64,000 bases of DNA from Eledone cirrhosa (GCA_964016885.1 OZ024740.1:67828001-67892000); one strand, 5' to 3'. Shown: positions 1 through 14,052, numbered from the stretch's first letter. The notes: generated by a model from the sequence alone, not told the origin. Program-made: numbers and translations.

Positions 1-2305
1 TTTTAATGTCTAAAAGAATTAATTATCGCAGGAATGCTAAAACTTAAATTAAAATTTCGCCGGAGATAGATTAGCCAAATTTAATAAGCGGGGTGCGGTG
101 GAATAAGAGTGGGTAGTTGCAGTAATTTGAGACCAATGTGTAGTAATATTGAAATTTTTAGAGTGCAGTGTAAATTTATTTATGAAATAAATATGGAATT
201 TTCGCTCTAGATCTAAAGTGGAGAAAATTTTAGATTAACTATAGTCTTACCTTTTGAAATTCTCATGTCTAGGATGATTTCAGGAATTTAATGTAGATTT
301 AACATAAATATTTTTTATCTAAATAATTACTTCTCCCAATGTATGTAACTGATGCAAATTTTACTGGGAATTAGCTAATATTCTACATATTACTGCACAA
401 CATATCAATGAAAGAGTAGCATTCATTTCTAGACAAAATAATACATCTGCGTATTACAAAAAAATAATACATCTGCGTATTACAAAAAAATAATATATGT
501 TCACGTATAGAGGAAAAAATGTAAGTTTTACTTTTATTCTTTCTATAAAAGGCCCTAAATTAAAAAAAATAATGTAAATGTATTGGTTTTAAATTACCTT
601 AAAACATTTAATAACCAGGCAATACGACGGCTGCACTCAGGGGATATCCAATGAAACCTTGCCAGTAATTAGAGTACGTTATATACTTTTCTTAATTTAT
701 TAAACTGCACATTTATAGAAATCACGCAATAGCACGGCTACAGCATGACGGCGCCCGTCACCTCCGTACCAGAAAGTGGTATAGGTATGTTTATTGTTAT
801 TCATGAGAGTGTGTTTCGGGGTAGATTTCAGAATGACGTGATTCATTATTTTTTGCAATGTATTCTTTTTATTATTTATATATGATTATTCATTTTTTAT
901 GCATCTTTTTAAGAGAAGAAATTGGGCGTGATGGCAGTGTGGTAGTTTTATTTTTTTTTTATTTTTCTGGCGCTTACTTTTTCGAAAAGAAAAACTTATG
1001 TTGTACTGGAGATGTTTTTACTAAAAAAAAATATATATTGGGATAATTAACACTTTTGGCTGACTAATATTTACAGAATGTATAAAAAATAAAAATTGCC
1101 TTCAAGAGACTATTTAAAATTCTGTCGTAAATATTTATTTATTTTTATTTAAATTCTATTATATATATATTTATTTATTTTTATTTAAATTCTATTATAT
1201 ATATTTATTTTTTAGTTTTCCATTGAGTAAAAATCTGTCTCGAATTAATTGAGAATATTTATTATAATTCTCTGTTGATGCTGTTTATTTATTTATTTAT
1301 TTATTTATAATGTTTACGCTATTTTGCTAAAGTGTTTGTCTACGGTGCTGGGAGGAGAAAAAACACACACTAAAACGACGCTTAACGAATAGCCATTATA
1401 AATAAAATATGTATTATGTATGTATGTATGCATGTATGTATGCATGTATGGATGAATGGATGTACGCATGTATGCATATATATAGTTGTTTATGTGTGTG
1501 TGTGTCTGTGTATATATATATAATATATGTATATATATGCTATACATACATATATTATTGGGGTTTCGTATATCACTTATAAAATTTATGGATTTAGTTT
1601 ATGATTACCCTAAGGCCGTGGAAATACATATACAATCATAATTTCCTATACCTACTTGCTAATTAAAGTGAAAGAGAGAAGGGAGGGAGAGATAGAAAGA
1701 GAGAGGGGGAGATAGAGAGAAGGGAGGGGATTGTAAGAGAGCAAGTGAGAAGCGAACAGTTGTAGACAGAGAAAGGGTGTTTAATGCAGTTTTTAAAAAG
1801 TGTATAGGGATATAGAAAACACAGCTTTATGAATGTTAAAATGCCCTTGATTATTGGAAGGTCGAGATAACATTTTATTCGGATAACTGACCGTTCTCCT
1901 AAATGCTCTAATCCTAAAATAAGACAAATCATACTGCACTTACAGGGAAACACATTTAGGAAGATTTGTAGTGTTAGACTGTCAATAGTATTCACATTCT
2001 CTCCACAGTCATGGTTACAAGAAGGCGATTAAAACAAGAATGTACTCGGAACATTACCGTAGAGTGAATGGATACACCGTTCTTTTAAATCATTTAACAT
2101 AGTCGTATTCATGTCCGACCATGATCAATGATGCTGAGAGGAGTGACCGTAACATGGAATGTTTGTTTGAGTCTGTTGGTTATTGTTTGCAACGGTTTAG
2201 ACATGTTTCTAAAGATGTAGTTTTCTGTTTACAAGGTAATCATTTTTACATTTTACTGGTTTCAATCATTAGTTTGGACACAGTCTTAATAATAATAATA
2301 ATAAT

Positions 2306-2355
<50 letters not shown>

Positions 2356-2910
2356 ATTATTATTATGTTTTGACTGTTGTTTCTTGTAAACTGCTTTCCC
2401 ATCTCATCCCGCCATCACTAGTTTGTGTTCACGTGTGTTTTGTTATTTCATTTCTACACGCTGTTCGTTTGCCTGCTTTTAACTCCCAGTGGATTATTTT
2501 TTCCACTCGGTATTTTAGTAGTAGTTATTTAGTCAATGTAGGGAGCACTATTGGAGATCGACTCCAATCGTGAATAACCCCACAGAAAGTTTCATGAAAT
2601 GGTCTTTTAAGACTATATAGTGCATTTTTGTATTCCCCAAATTGACGGTTAATTATTTCTTCTTGATTTTATTTTGAATTAAGATTGTATTGCTTTTTCC
2701 CCAACTTACACAAGTTTGATGACAAAGTTTTTCCTCTTGATTTGTTTTGAATTAAGATTGTATTACTTTGTTTCCCTCATCTTACATTAAATATGTTTTC
2801 ATCTTAATGGTATAGTCACTTATATACCTGAATTATTATTGGCATTTTGCTTACATTAATTTTATTTTCATTTATATATATAAATATATATATATATATA
2901 CACACACACG

Positions 2911-3002
<92 letters not shown>

Positions 3003-3224
3003 GATATATTTCTTTATTTACCATAAAGGCATAAAAAGAAGGGACAAATACAAAGGGGGAGTTTACATACAATCGAGTAAAAAGTGTATGAAATGAAAAT
3101 AATCGAAAACAACCTCAAAAGGGAGGGGACGTGATGGGGGTTGCACACACCCCCGAAAAAGGGGTGCAATCCTTTGCCCGGGGAGCACATGGAGAAGGTG
3201 CTCCCCTCTCCTTCACTTTTTTAC

Positions 3225-6200
3225 CTACAGGATGGTATACAGAGAAGGCCCATTTACACGAGCCATTCTCGCCACTATCACCCACCTTTCATAAAACTGC
3301 CTGTGGCCAAGCACCTCTCTGTCCATTCTTATCCTTCTTCCGAAGTGATATCGGAAGAAGTAGACCAGACTATGGCCAGAGAGGAAGTTGCCTGACGTCA
3401 GACCTTTCAATCGTGTCCACCAAACAACCTCTTTCAACATGGCTATTACGCACAGAAAAACCGCCTTTGCTTCCTTTGTGAAGAGGGGAGGCGGTTTGAT
3501 TGTCATCACGGACTCGGCGGTCAATTGAATCGGCGCCACCCGCGACAGCAGTCGTTCGGCGTAGCCCCACAGATCAGTCACGCCCGGACATTGCACTAAT
3601 GCGTGCGCAACGGTTTCTTCGTGACGCACGCATCTAGGGCAAATCTTTTTCGAGGGATCCCTGCCCGGGCGCCCGTGTCTGTAGAGCCTCTCTCGAACGG
3701 GTAGAGCCCCCCGGTAGCACTGCCAGGCTAGTGACTTCTGGAAGTTGTCCATTGGTCCCGGGCCGAAAGTCCTACCGAACAGGCTGGCCAGTTCGTCCTC
3801 TTCCATGTCCAGCGACTCTCCAAGGGTGTCATCGCCCCTGCTAGGCACCAGCCTTCTATAGAATGATGAGGTGGATTCTCCACCGATGGCCTGGCCCGTT
3901 TGCCAGAGAGCCCTGAGCGCCTGAGCACACTCAGTGTGCCAATCTCCCAGTTTTCCGGATCTTTGCTTGACCCAGGACTGCAGCTCGGTGAGCGAGACGA
4001 GTCTCGGAAAGGCTCGTTTCACGAACGGAGCCCACACCGGTTGACCAGTGAGGAATACCTGTAGGTGCCGTAGCCTTAATGCGTGGCGACGCATCATCAA
4101 CCACGGCATCCCCAGCCCTCCTTTCGAAGGTTTTTGGCAGCAGATGGATCTTCTCACCATAGGAGGGCGCTTCTTCCAAAGAAATTGGAAGAGCATGCGT
4201 TCCATGGTGGTGAGGGTTTGCTTAGGACAAGGCACGACAGTCAGGCGGTAGTAAGTGACGGACGCTATGTAAATGTTCGCCACCTCCGCCCGGCCTTTTA
4301 GGGACAGCTTGCACTTGGCCCATTTCTGGGTTAGTGCAAACACCTTGTTCGTAACCTCGTCCCAGTTCTTTTCCACCTGGAGGTCCGGTCCAAACCAGAC
4401 CCCAAGCAACTTTACCGGGCCCTCCATCCAGTGTCCGACGACACCGTTGGGAGGCAACGGTCTTCCCCTCCACGTTCCGAGTTGCAGCCCGATGGATTTT
4501 TCCCGGTCCAGTTTCGCTCCTGACAACCTTTCATAATCCTCCAGTAAGGTACCGATCGCCTCGATCTCCGAGTTGGTCGATACCATTACTTGTACGTCAT
4601 CGGCGTAGGCCGACACCGCTTTGCTCAATCCTGGTTCCAGGGGGATACCCTGCAGCAACTCTAACTTCCTCAGTAAAGGCTTGAGAGTCAATACGTACAG
4701 AAGGGAGGAGAGAGGGCACCCCTGTCGAATGAATCGTGTGATATCGAACGGCTTCGAAAGGTAGCCGTTCACCTTGATCCTAGAACAGATGTGGTTGCTA
4801 TGTAAGGCAGTGATCCAGCCTCTGAAAACAGGACCGAACCCAGCCGCCGCTGGGCACCGCATCCAGGTAACCATGGTCGACCCTATCGAAGGCCTTAGAC
4901 TGATCCAAGTTGATCAGGGCCCCACCGAAGCCGGGTTTGTTGCCAACCTTCTCTATGATGTATCGCATGAGGTGGAGGTTATCGTGAATGGACCTGGATG
5001 TGATAGCACATGTCTGCGCATCTCCCACCAGGCTACCCACGACAAGCGCCAACCTCTTTGCTAACACCTTGGCCAAAATCTTTAACTCTGTGTTTAGCAG
5101 GGTTATGGGCCGAACATTATTTATACTATCCCTCTTGTTCTCGTCCTTCCTCACCAGCGAGACTACGCCCTTGGCTACAGAACAAGGAATTCTCCCGTTC
5201 TGCTGCCAATTGCAGTATACCGCTTCGAGGAGTTCGGAGAAGAAGACCGGCATTGCTAAATAAAGTTCGTAAGGTATACCATCGAGACCTGGAGATTTGC
5301 GTCTGCTGCATTGGCTCAGCACATTCCCGATCTCATCAGCCGAGATTGGTCCCTCGCAGGACTCTGCCTCTTCGCTCGAGAGACGCGGCAGGCCGTCAGG
5401 TATGGACCGAAATCCACGTCCCCGCCCGGACCCTCGCCTCCCCTGAATAATCGGGCAAAGTGCCTTTGAAAGGCGTCGCACATCTGCTTAGGCTCCCGGA
5501 TCACCCGTCCATCCTCGTCTTGCAACGACCGGAGGGTGGATCGATTTCCACTCTTAGCTTCTGTCACGCGGGCCCAGCCAACGGCTTTGGCCCCCTCATT
5601 ACCTAGAGCACGTATTTTACTTCGAATGACGCAGCCTTCGTGCTTTGCATCGAACAACTGGTTCAAGGCCGTCCTCGATGCCAGCACTCTGGCCACATCT
5701 TCGCTCTTGATTGCCTCTTCTAATTTACCTGTTAATACTTTCTCGTTTCTATTCCTATCGGCAGCTAACATCTTGCTATAACTTATTGATTCTCTTCTAA
5801 TCTCTCTTTTGAGAGATGCCCACCATCGGTTGTTGACGATTGCACCCGTCAACCTCTCCTTAACTAATCTGCTAATCCGGTCTCTGTAACCCTCTTTTGC
5901 CGGTAAAGACAAATTAAGTTTCCAGTAACCGGGACCCTGTCTATGTGTTCTCTCGAGATTGACTACGCAGGTCACTAATTTGTGATCCGTATATCCAACC
6001 GTGCGCATTTCTGGACAGCTTAATATGTCCCTATCCTTATTTCTAACTAAGAATCTATCTAAGTACGATCTAGATTGACCACTGTGGTTCGTTCAAGTCC
6101 AGGTAGGCACAGTTGGATATCTATCGACCAAGTTAAAACGGTCGAGTAACCCCTTGAGGCTGTTACACCCCCTCTATTAGGACATGCTCCCTGCATAGTC

Positions 6201-6651
6201 CCAACCTGCATCTAGGATGTCATTCCAATCCCCCCGCTAGAAGCAGGGAACGCGACGTTCCCAGAAAAGTCTCCAAACGCTGGAAGAAGTCCGGCCGTTC
6301 AGCTCCGAAAGGGGAGTAGACGGCGACCAGTCTCAAGGCCGCACCTTCACTACTGCCAACGTCTAGTACCAACAAACGACCCTCCGGGTCCGAGTGAACA
6401 ACCTGTACGGCAAGACCCAGGTGTTTTTGCAGCAGTACGACAACCCCACCCCCACCTCCAGGTTGACAGAGAGATGCATGCACCTCAAAGTCATCGAAGG
6501 TAGGGGCCAGCTTCCGCACGACGCTGATCCGAGTCTCACAGATAACCATTACATTTATAACACATGACCTGAGGTCATTTAGAAGCTTTACTTGCTTCCA
6601 AGTTGAGCCCAGGTCACGTGCATTCAAACATCCTACTCTTAACACATCCAT
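3225..6651 (-). pseudogene. LINE ORF2 (APE endonuclease-RT-zinc finger), split by several frameshifts
   Basis: Fragments 6220-6651 (CLNAR, ICETR, GRLL..VAVYSP), 5316-6008 (TDHKLV, PGYWKLN), 4798-5481 (KSPGLDG, RPITLLNTELKILAKVLA), 3225-4874 (YADD, GGLGMP, CPRC..ETVAHALVQC). Confidence 0.92.
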
Positions 6652-6684
6652 GTGGGCGGCAGAGCCAAAGGAGAGTGTAGAGAC

Positions 6685-8424
6685 CTACCTTTCTGCTTCC
6701 CGGGGTTCGGGTCGCACGACTTCCATGGGGTCGGGGATGTTGGGTGAACGGGTGTCTTGTGGTGGTGTGGGGTCGTCAGTGTGTGGTGGGGTTAGGGTGT
6801 TTGGAGTTGTGTTGGGGAGGGGAACGGGGGGGGGGAAGCTTTTTAGTAGGACGCGGTTTATGGGTTTGACAGAGGGCGGTCCTACGTCCTCCTTAAAATC
6901 CTTTTTTAGTTTTTGGTAGAGGATCATTGGGATCTTTATTAATTTTAAATGTTGGTAGTTTTCTGAAGAAACAAAGTTTACACCTTCGGTTTGTACCGAA
7001 GGATTATTGTTTATGAGTTCATTTAATTTATTATTGTTTCTGTTGATGTAAGAATAGTGTAATGTCTTTTTTTCGGATGGTGTGTGTGTTTCGAAGAGGA
7101 GAGGGGCAGGTTTGGTTTTGTTTGTTGCTGGAGGGGTGTTTTGTGTTTTGTTGGATTGTGTTGACATTTGGGTGGGGGTTGTTTGGCCTTGTGTGTTTTG
7201 CACATGTTTTCTTTTTTTCTTTTTAATCTGTCTGAAGGACTCCATTTCTTCCTCCGAATTCGTTGGGTTATCTTCAGTGTTGGAGGGAAGAGGCATGTTT
7301 GCTGGTAATGTTTCCGTGTTGGTTTTCTTTGTGGGGGAGATGGATGTCACTATGTTAGACTGTGTTGTGTGTTGTAGCTGCGGTGGTTGTGTTGTTTTAT
7401 TGAGTGAGGGTTTGGGTGCGCCTGTATTTTGTTTTGGGGTAATGTGTTCTGACTGTTTGTGTTGTGGTGGTGGTGTAGTTTTACTGAGGGACGGGTTGGG
7501 TGGGACTGAGTTTTGTTGTTTGTTTATCTGTTGTGGTGGTGGTGGTGGAGCTGGTGTTGGTAGCAGGGTTTTCTTTTTGTTGAGTTGGGGACAAGCCGCC
7601 TTCAGGTGCCCTCTGCCTGCACAGATATGACAGGACGGTCTTCTCCCCTCCACGCTAATGTTTATATACCCGTGGCCCTCTAATAGGATTCTGTCGGGTA
7701 TTTTGGCGATGCGTTCAGGCTTCATTTGCACTACAAGCTCTATACCTGTTCCACTGAACGCATTGCCTGTGGTTTTCCCAATGGAAATCACGTTGTCATT
7801 CGCTGGATCGATGAAGCCAGCTATGAGCCAGCAGTAGTCCACATCTGGCATCATTGCATCCAGCCATATGCGTTGAGTTCTTTTACCCATATAAGATGGA
7901 TAAAAGGTAAAATTTTCGAACGAATCGGTGAAAAAAGCACATTTTTTTGCCGCCGATTCGTTCTTCATAATAATCGCTAGGCTTCCATACAGTCTGTCTT
8001 TTCTTATGAAAGTGGTTTCATTAAGTACTTCTGTGAGTACTGTTTTAAATTTTGTTTGAGTTGGCTGTTCAGGTTTTTTAGAAGTGTTGTTGATGGTGCG
8101 GAAAACGACCGTTCGACTTTCAATGTCTTTGGTGAGTTCTTGAGGCATTTTTACCGATAAAATACCATTCTCTCCTTCAGTTATATATTGTTTGGCGTCT
8201 GCAATTCTTTGTGTCATATCTGAAATATTTTCAGGTATATATGTCAAATATTTCTTTGTTGTTTGTGCAAATGAAATCTTATTGGTGTTGACTTTGTCGT
8301 CTGCTTTGCTTTCTGTTATGATGTTGTTTTCAAATGTTATTTTTGTGTTTGTTGTGTCTTTGTTTGTGGTATTAACATTGTCATGCAATTTTTCAAATTT
8401 TTTTTTTTCCTTGTTGGAATCCAT
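6685..8424 (-). CDS. LINE ORF1 (gag-like nucleic-acid-binding protein), 579 aa, uninterrupted
   Basis: Zinc knuckle CHICAGRGHLKAAC, Pro/Thr-rich linker, basic KKKKRK; homologous to ORF1 fragments of copy 2 (FPTYMGRR, QMRPERVEKIPDRIVLE, CHKCGKTTHLKAFCP). Confidence 0.88.
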   Translation of the reverse strand: MDSNKEKKKFEKLHDNVNTTNKDTTNTKITFENNIITESKADDKVNTNKISFAQTTKKYLTYIPENISDMTQRIADAKQYITEGENGILSVKMPQELTKDIESRTVVFRTINNTSKKPEQPTQTKFKTVLTEVLNETTFIRKDRLYGSLAIIMKNESAAKKCAFFTDSFENFTFYPSYMGKRTQRIWLDAMMPDVDYCWLIAGFIDPANDNVISIGKTTGNAFSGTGIELVVQMKPERIAKIPDRILLEGHGYINISVEGRRPSCHICAGRGHLKAACPQLNKKKTLLPTPAPPPPPQQINKQQNSVPPNPSLSKTTPPPQHKQSEHITPKQNTGAPKPSLNKTTQPPQLQHTTQSNIVTSISPTKKTNTETLPANMPLPSNTEDNPTNSEEEMESFRQIKKKKRKHVQNTQGQTTPTQMSTQSNKTQNTPPATNKTKPAPLLFETHTPSEKKTLHYSYINRNNNKLNELINNNPSVQTEGVNFVSSENYQHLKLIKIPMILYQKLKKDFKEDVGPPSVKPINRVLLKSFPPPVPLPNTTPNTLTPPHTDDPTPPQDTRSPNIPDPMEVVRPEPREAER

Positions 8425-9446
8425 GTCCAGATTTGTGTTTTCGTCATTTTTCTCCGCAGATTCGTCTGTTTTTATTTTATGTTTTCCTTCCTTCTCTATG
8501 ACGTTAGTTGGGAAGGAAGGGGGGGGGGACTAAAGCGTGCGAGCTTACAACTCTTACCGCTGTCCCCCACCACTATTTTCGTTAGCTTCGTTTAACATTT
8601 CTGTCAGACGATTGAAATTTTTTTTATGCCACAAAATTAAAAAAAACAGGTTTTTCACCCCTAGGAGGGGTAAAGATGAGCTGACCCACCGCCTGACAGT
8701 TCAGACGGGGTGTCAAGCTACACAATAGTATCAAAATTAAAATTGAACTTACAAAATTTCCGCAATAAATTTGAACAAAACTTCTGCGCGAAGTGAATTA
8801 CATCTACGCTGTAGAACAGACGACAGATAGATTTTTTATATATATATATAGATATATATATATATATATAGATATATATATATATATAAGGTATTTATTT
8901 TAGATACAGCAAGGCATAAACAAATGTCATCAATTATTAAGCCGTGTAGCCCTGAGCAGTCACACAAATATAAACACAGACACACACAAAACACAGACAC
9001 ACACAAACACACACACACACATACACATATGTGATACCGAGTTAAATCAGAGGTTACAACAGTATAAAAGTGTGCTCAATACATTAAGATAATGTAAATA
9101 TCATTATGTAATATGGAAACAGCTTCCACAGGATTAGAACTGTATAATTCGTATAAAAGCATTAGGAATGCCACGTGACATAGTGATTGATTGATACGTA
9201 TAGGTTACTTAGTGCGATGGTGGCGGCGGGAGCTGTGTGGATGGGTGTATTGACATGCATATACTCATACACACACACATGCATATGCTCATGATACTCA
9301 TACACACAGGCTCATAAAATAGCTCTTCTATATATTTATATTTAAACGCATACACGATTATACGTGGGAACACTTGTGTGTTGTTTGCATATGCGTGAGT
9401 GTATATATATATATTAATTTATACACACACACACACACAGACACAT

Positions 9447-9538
<92 letters not shown>

Positions 9539-9855
9539 GTCTTTGGGTGGGTGTGTGTGTGTGGGGGGGATGTGTGTATCCCTTCCTGCGTCATTCATCC
9601 TATAACTCTCAGTTCTATTAACATTTTTCTGCGATTATCCGACATTGTCTTTACGTACCGACGAACCGTATAGGAAGAACGGAAGATAGGGAGGGGTGTG
9701 AGAATGATAATGAGAATGAGAATAAGTGATTTGTGCGTAAGAGTGACAGAAAGACTTCGAGTGAAACAAAGAAAGAAGGCTAAACACACAGACGCACACG
9801 TACACGCGTAAGTGTACATGTATGATTATATATAAACATATATACATATATATAT

Positions 9856-9978
<123 letters not shown>

Positions 9979-10058
9979 GACAGTTAGATAAAGGGGGGGG
10001 ATCAGGTAGATATAGCTAGATGGATAGATTAATAGAGAGAGGGAAAGAGAGAGGGGGG

Positions 10059-10151
<93 letters not shown>

Positions 10152-10408
10152 CGGGAGGAAGATGTCTGGCAATAGTGCAGAAGATGTAGTCTAAATATTG
10201 ATGTAAAAAATAAAAGAAGAAAGATACTGAAATCAAAGCTCAGTATAATCCAAGTGATTAAAGAAGTTTCTTCATTTGATTGACTTTTGCTTCTAACTCT
10301 TCTCTTCCAAAATTTTCTTCGACCTATTTAGATATTTTCATCTTTATTTTTTCATGGTTATATTTAAATTGTTCAGACCTTGTAATTTATCCTTCACCTC
10401 AACCATTG

Positions 10409-10489
<81 letters not shown>

Positions 10490-10540
10490 ATCTCTCTCTC
10501 TCTCACTTTTCTCTCTCTCTCAATCTATCTCTATCACTCT

Positions 10541-10583
<43 letters not shown>

Positions 10584-11997
10584 GAAACAACGGAGTTAAA
10601 GTCTCGCGTCTAATGAGCTCAAGGATTAAGTACCGGGCTCTTTATAATACAATACATAAAAAATAAAAGAAGAAATACTATGTTTTCACGTGCGACACGT
10701 TAGTTATGTAATGTATATTTAAAAGTGAGGAACATATCTTCTTTACTCCTGCCGATGACCCCTGAGTGGATAATATTCTTGCACTTGTTTATAGCGAAAC
10801 ATTCTTTTTGAGTGTGTCCAGGTGCTTTATCTATATATTAATTTCAACAATGTCAGTATTCCGTGTGTCATAATTCTCGATTATCATTGGTTCATAGGTT
10901 TTAAACGACTCCGCCCACCTCAACGACACCAAACTTAAATTAATATGCATAATGCCAATGAGGGAGTGAGAGGGGAGAGTAAGAAACAGAGAGGCAAAGT
11001 GTTGGATACACTATGTATATGTGTCAGTGTAGAGACATGTGTGAGTATGTGCGTGTGTGTAAGTGCACGGGTCCGTGTGTAAGTTTGCGTGCGTCGCATC
11101 TGACTACGGTGGTAATAAAACCTCATCATATGCTGAGTCTGGCAAAAAGGTTGGATCCTATGGCCGGCCAGGGCTAGAGTAATATTGAAAAACGATTCTA
11201 TTTTCGAAGTAGAAGGATCCGCCATTTGGACTTCAAACCAGGCCACCTCCCCGAGTTTAACTCTGGGCAACATTGACTGTCTATTAATCAGTGGCTAAGA
11301 GCCTGGAAATTACTGAATAAATGTTTGTGTCATATAATTTGTGTTTTATTATTATAGCTGATCACTTATAGATAAGCATGTTATCCATATCCATATTAAT
11401 TTAGCATTTGTATAAAACATTTCAAGTAAATAGGGACCTTTTTTACATTGACGGACATCTTTTATATTAATTATCTATATCTATATCTACATATAATATA
11501 AAAGATTGGAACTTCCATCATCCTTTTGAGAAACGTGGAACAACCACGTCTATGCAATGATACACGTTTTACAGTCAGGCAGAAGATGAACCATCTCCTA
11601 GCGGTCACTATTCTAGGTGGGAGCACCTAGAATTGTTCATATACTATGCACAAACGGTACAATGAAGAATCTGGTATATCTGGAAGATTTCTTTTACTGT
11701 TGTTTGTATCACGCAGACTCCACGGACTTGCCTCATACTGTAACCAGACAAACATCCAATACAGTCATTTTCTCTTTTACCTGTCTTCTCTTAGCATATA
11801 TTTATTCGGGCGAAGCTGGGTACGTCAGCTAATAGTTATAAAGGTGGGTTGATGCTTTTTGATTTAATTTTTTAATTATGATGTTTTTTCCATACTTTTC
11901 GTAGATTTTGTTTTGCACTCTAGTATCCTTCTACACCCTGCAATTGAAAACATACTCTTTCGTGTTTACGTCTCTCTATATTGTATTAATGTGTATG

Positions 11998-12034
<37 letters not shown>

Positions 12035-12333
12035 GTGTGTGTGCCTGTGTCTTTGCATCTTTGTGTATATGAAAAGCAAAACAAGACAGAAGTCAGAGGT
12101 GGATAATTAATTAGGTCATTGTTTTACCATCGTATCAGAAGGTCAATTGATCGTGGAAGATCGATAGCATGATAGTGTTCACGATACTACCTATTTCTAG
12201 ACTTGAAATTCCTGTTCGATCGACCGTCTTGTTCAGAAACACTAAAGAGTTTTCAACGATCAATAGATCCTCTGAAAGGATCGTAAAACTAAGATTTGAT
12301 TTAACTTTTGTTTTGTTGTTATTGTTTTCTCTC

Positions 12334-12411
<78 letters not shown>

Positions 12412-13745
12412 TCTCTCTCTCCCTCTCTCTCTCTCTCTTTACACACACACATATATATATCAATGGATGTAGTCATATATTTATATATATATATATGACT
12501 ATATACATTGAGATGTATTAGAGACAAATAACCTGTTAATTAATATTAACAACACCTTCGCTGTAGTGTTGATTAAGACATTTTGTTACTGCTATTTGTA
12601 GCGTCATTATAATCCCGTCGTATTATCTTACTATATATAAAGAGATTTATTCATTTAAAGCAACGTGTTGGAAAGCAAGCGGTTTCGACAACGAAATCGT
12701 ATGTATTTTCATGATCAATACTTCTCTTTTTCCAAAGAAAATTCCTGTCGAAAAAACGAATTCTTACAGTATTGGTTATTTCAATGATTTGAAATCCCTG
12801 ATGCTGCTTATTCCGTTTTTTAAACCATGGTAGGGAGATGTTTATACGAGTGAGGCTTTCTTATTTTAGATTCTCTGATTCATACTCCCCTAAATAGAGA
12901 TGTTCGGCACAAGTTTAATATATATATACACAAAAAAAAAACAACAACACAAAAAATAGAATTTGATCGTTCGCTCTAACTTGGCGGATTACATAAATGT
13001 AGATGTGGGGTATATGGAATAATGATAATTATATTCGATTCATTTGTAAGCAAACGGCTTCACTACGCTGTGTTTTGTTTTTGATGACTATCGTCATCCG
13101 TTTGTTCAACAGTAGCATTTCCCTTCATCAGGACCGTATACCTCTCTGCTACTCGTTTGAACTATTGAAAATATACAGTACTTTCTAAGGTATATATCCA
13201 CTTATTAGCCTCATTTGCATACTGAGTAATTTTACGGCTGGCGTTGCGAAAATTTAAAACAAATTATACCACCAAAATAATGGTTTCATTTATTGTACCA
13301 CCGAAATAATAAGGGCCATTAAACCTCTTCAAGTTAACGTTCCATTTTGTACTTATGATGACGATGGTAAGTAGGAGGAGGAGAAGGATGAGGAGGAGGA
13401 GGGAGATGGGAATGATGATGGTAATGAGGATGATGATAATGGTGACGAGGACGTGGATGATGGTGATTACCCAGCATGTATTTATTGCCATAAATTCTAA
13501 GGGAATAGGCCAGATTTAGGTCTTGTAGTGACTCGTAGAAAACAGGAAATATTTATACATTATGTCGGAGCGTGTATGTGTATGCTTGTATATACGTGTG
13601 TTTAGATAGATTTCTTTCATTATGTGCATTTCATAATGCAATCAATGAGCAGATCATTAGAATGTCGGTTAGCATATTTCGTGGTATGTTCCCTTCAGTT
13701 CTCTACATTCGGAGTTCAAATCTCGCCAATATCAACTTTGGAGAG

Positions 13746-13921
<176 letters not shown>

Positions 13922-14002
13922 CCTTAAATATATATTCCGTGCTATTTCCAATTCCACATTTTCTCTATAAATACTGTTTCTTTTATAGAACCTTATTCCC
14001 TC

Positions 14003-14052
<50 letters not shown>

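Larger units (their letters stand above)
3009..8825 (-). mobile_element. Full-length Tx1/L1-clade non-LTR retrotransposon, copy 1 (ORF1 intact, ORF2 frameshifted)
   Basis: ORF1 with CCHC knuckle, then APE endonuclease, RT (DQSKAFDRVDH, IRQGCPLS, AYADD) and C-terminal CxxC..H...C. AATAAA near 3012-3017 (minus). Both ends abut TA/TATC microsatellite. Confidence 0.93.

Noticed and set aside
7082-7630. Antisense ORFs within LINE, Gypsy, Penelope and mariner coding regions
   Set aside because: Shadow frames of compositionally biased coding sequence with no recognisable motifs.
13115-13135. CTGATGA-agg-GAAA on the minus strand; also partial cores near 10752, 37778 and 52000
   Set aside because: No adequate stem II, or a mutated core or stem I; at most decayed relics.
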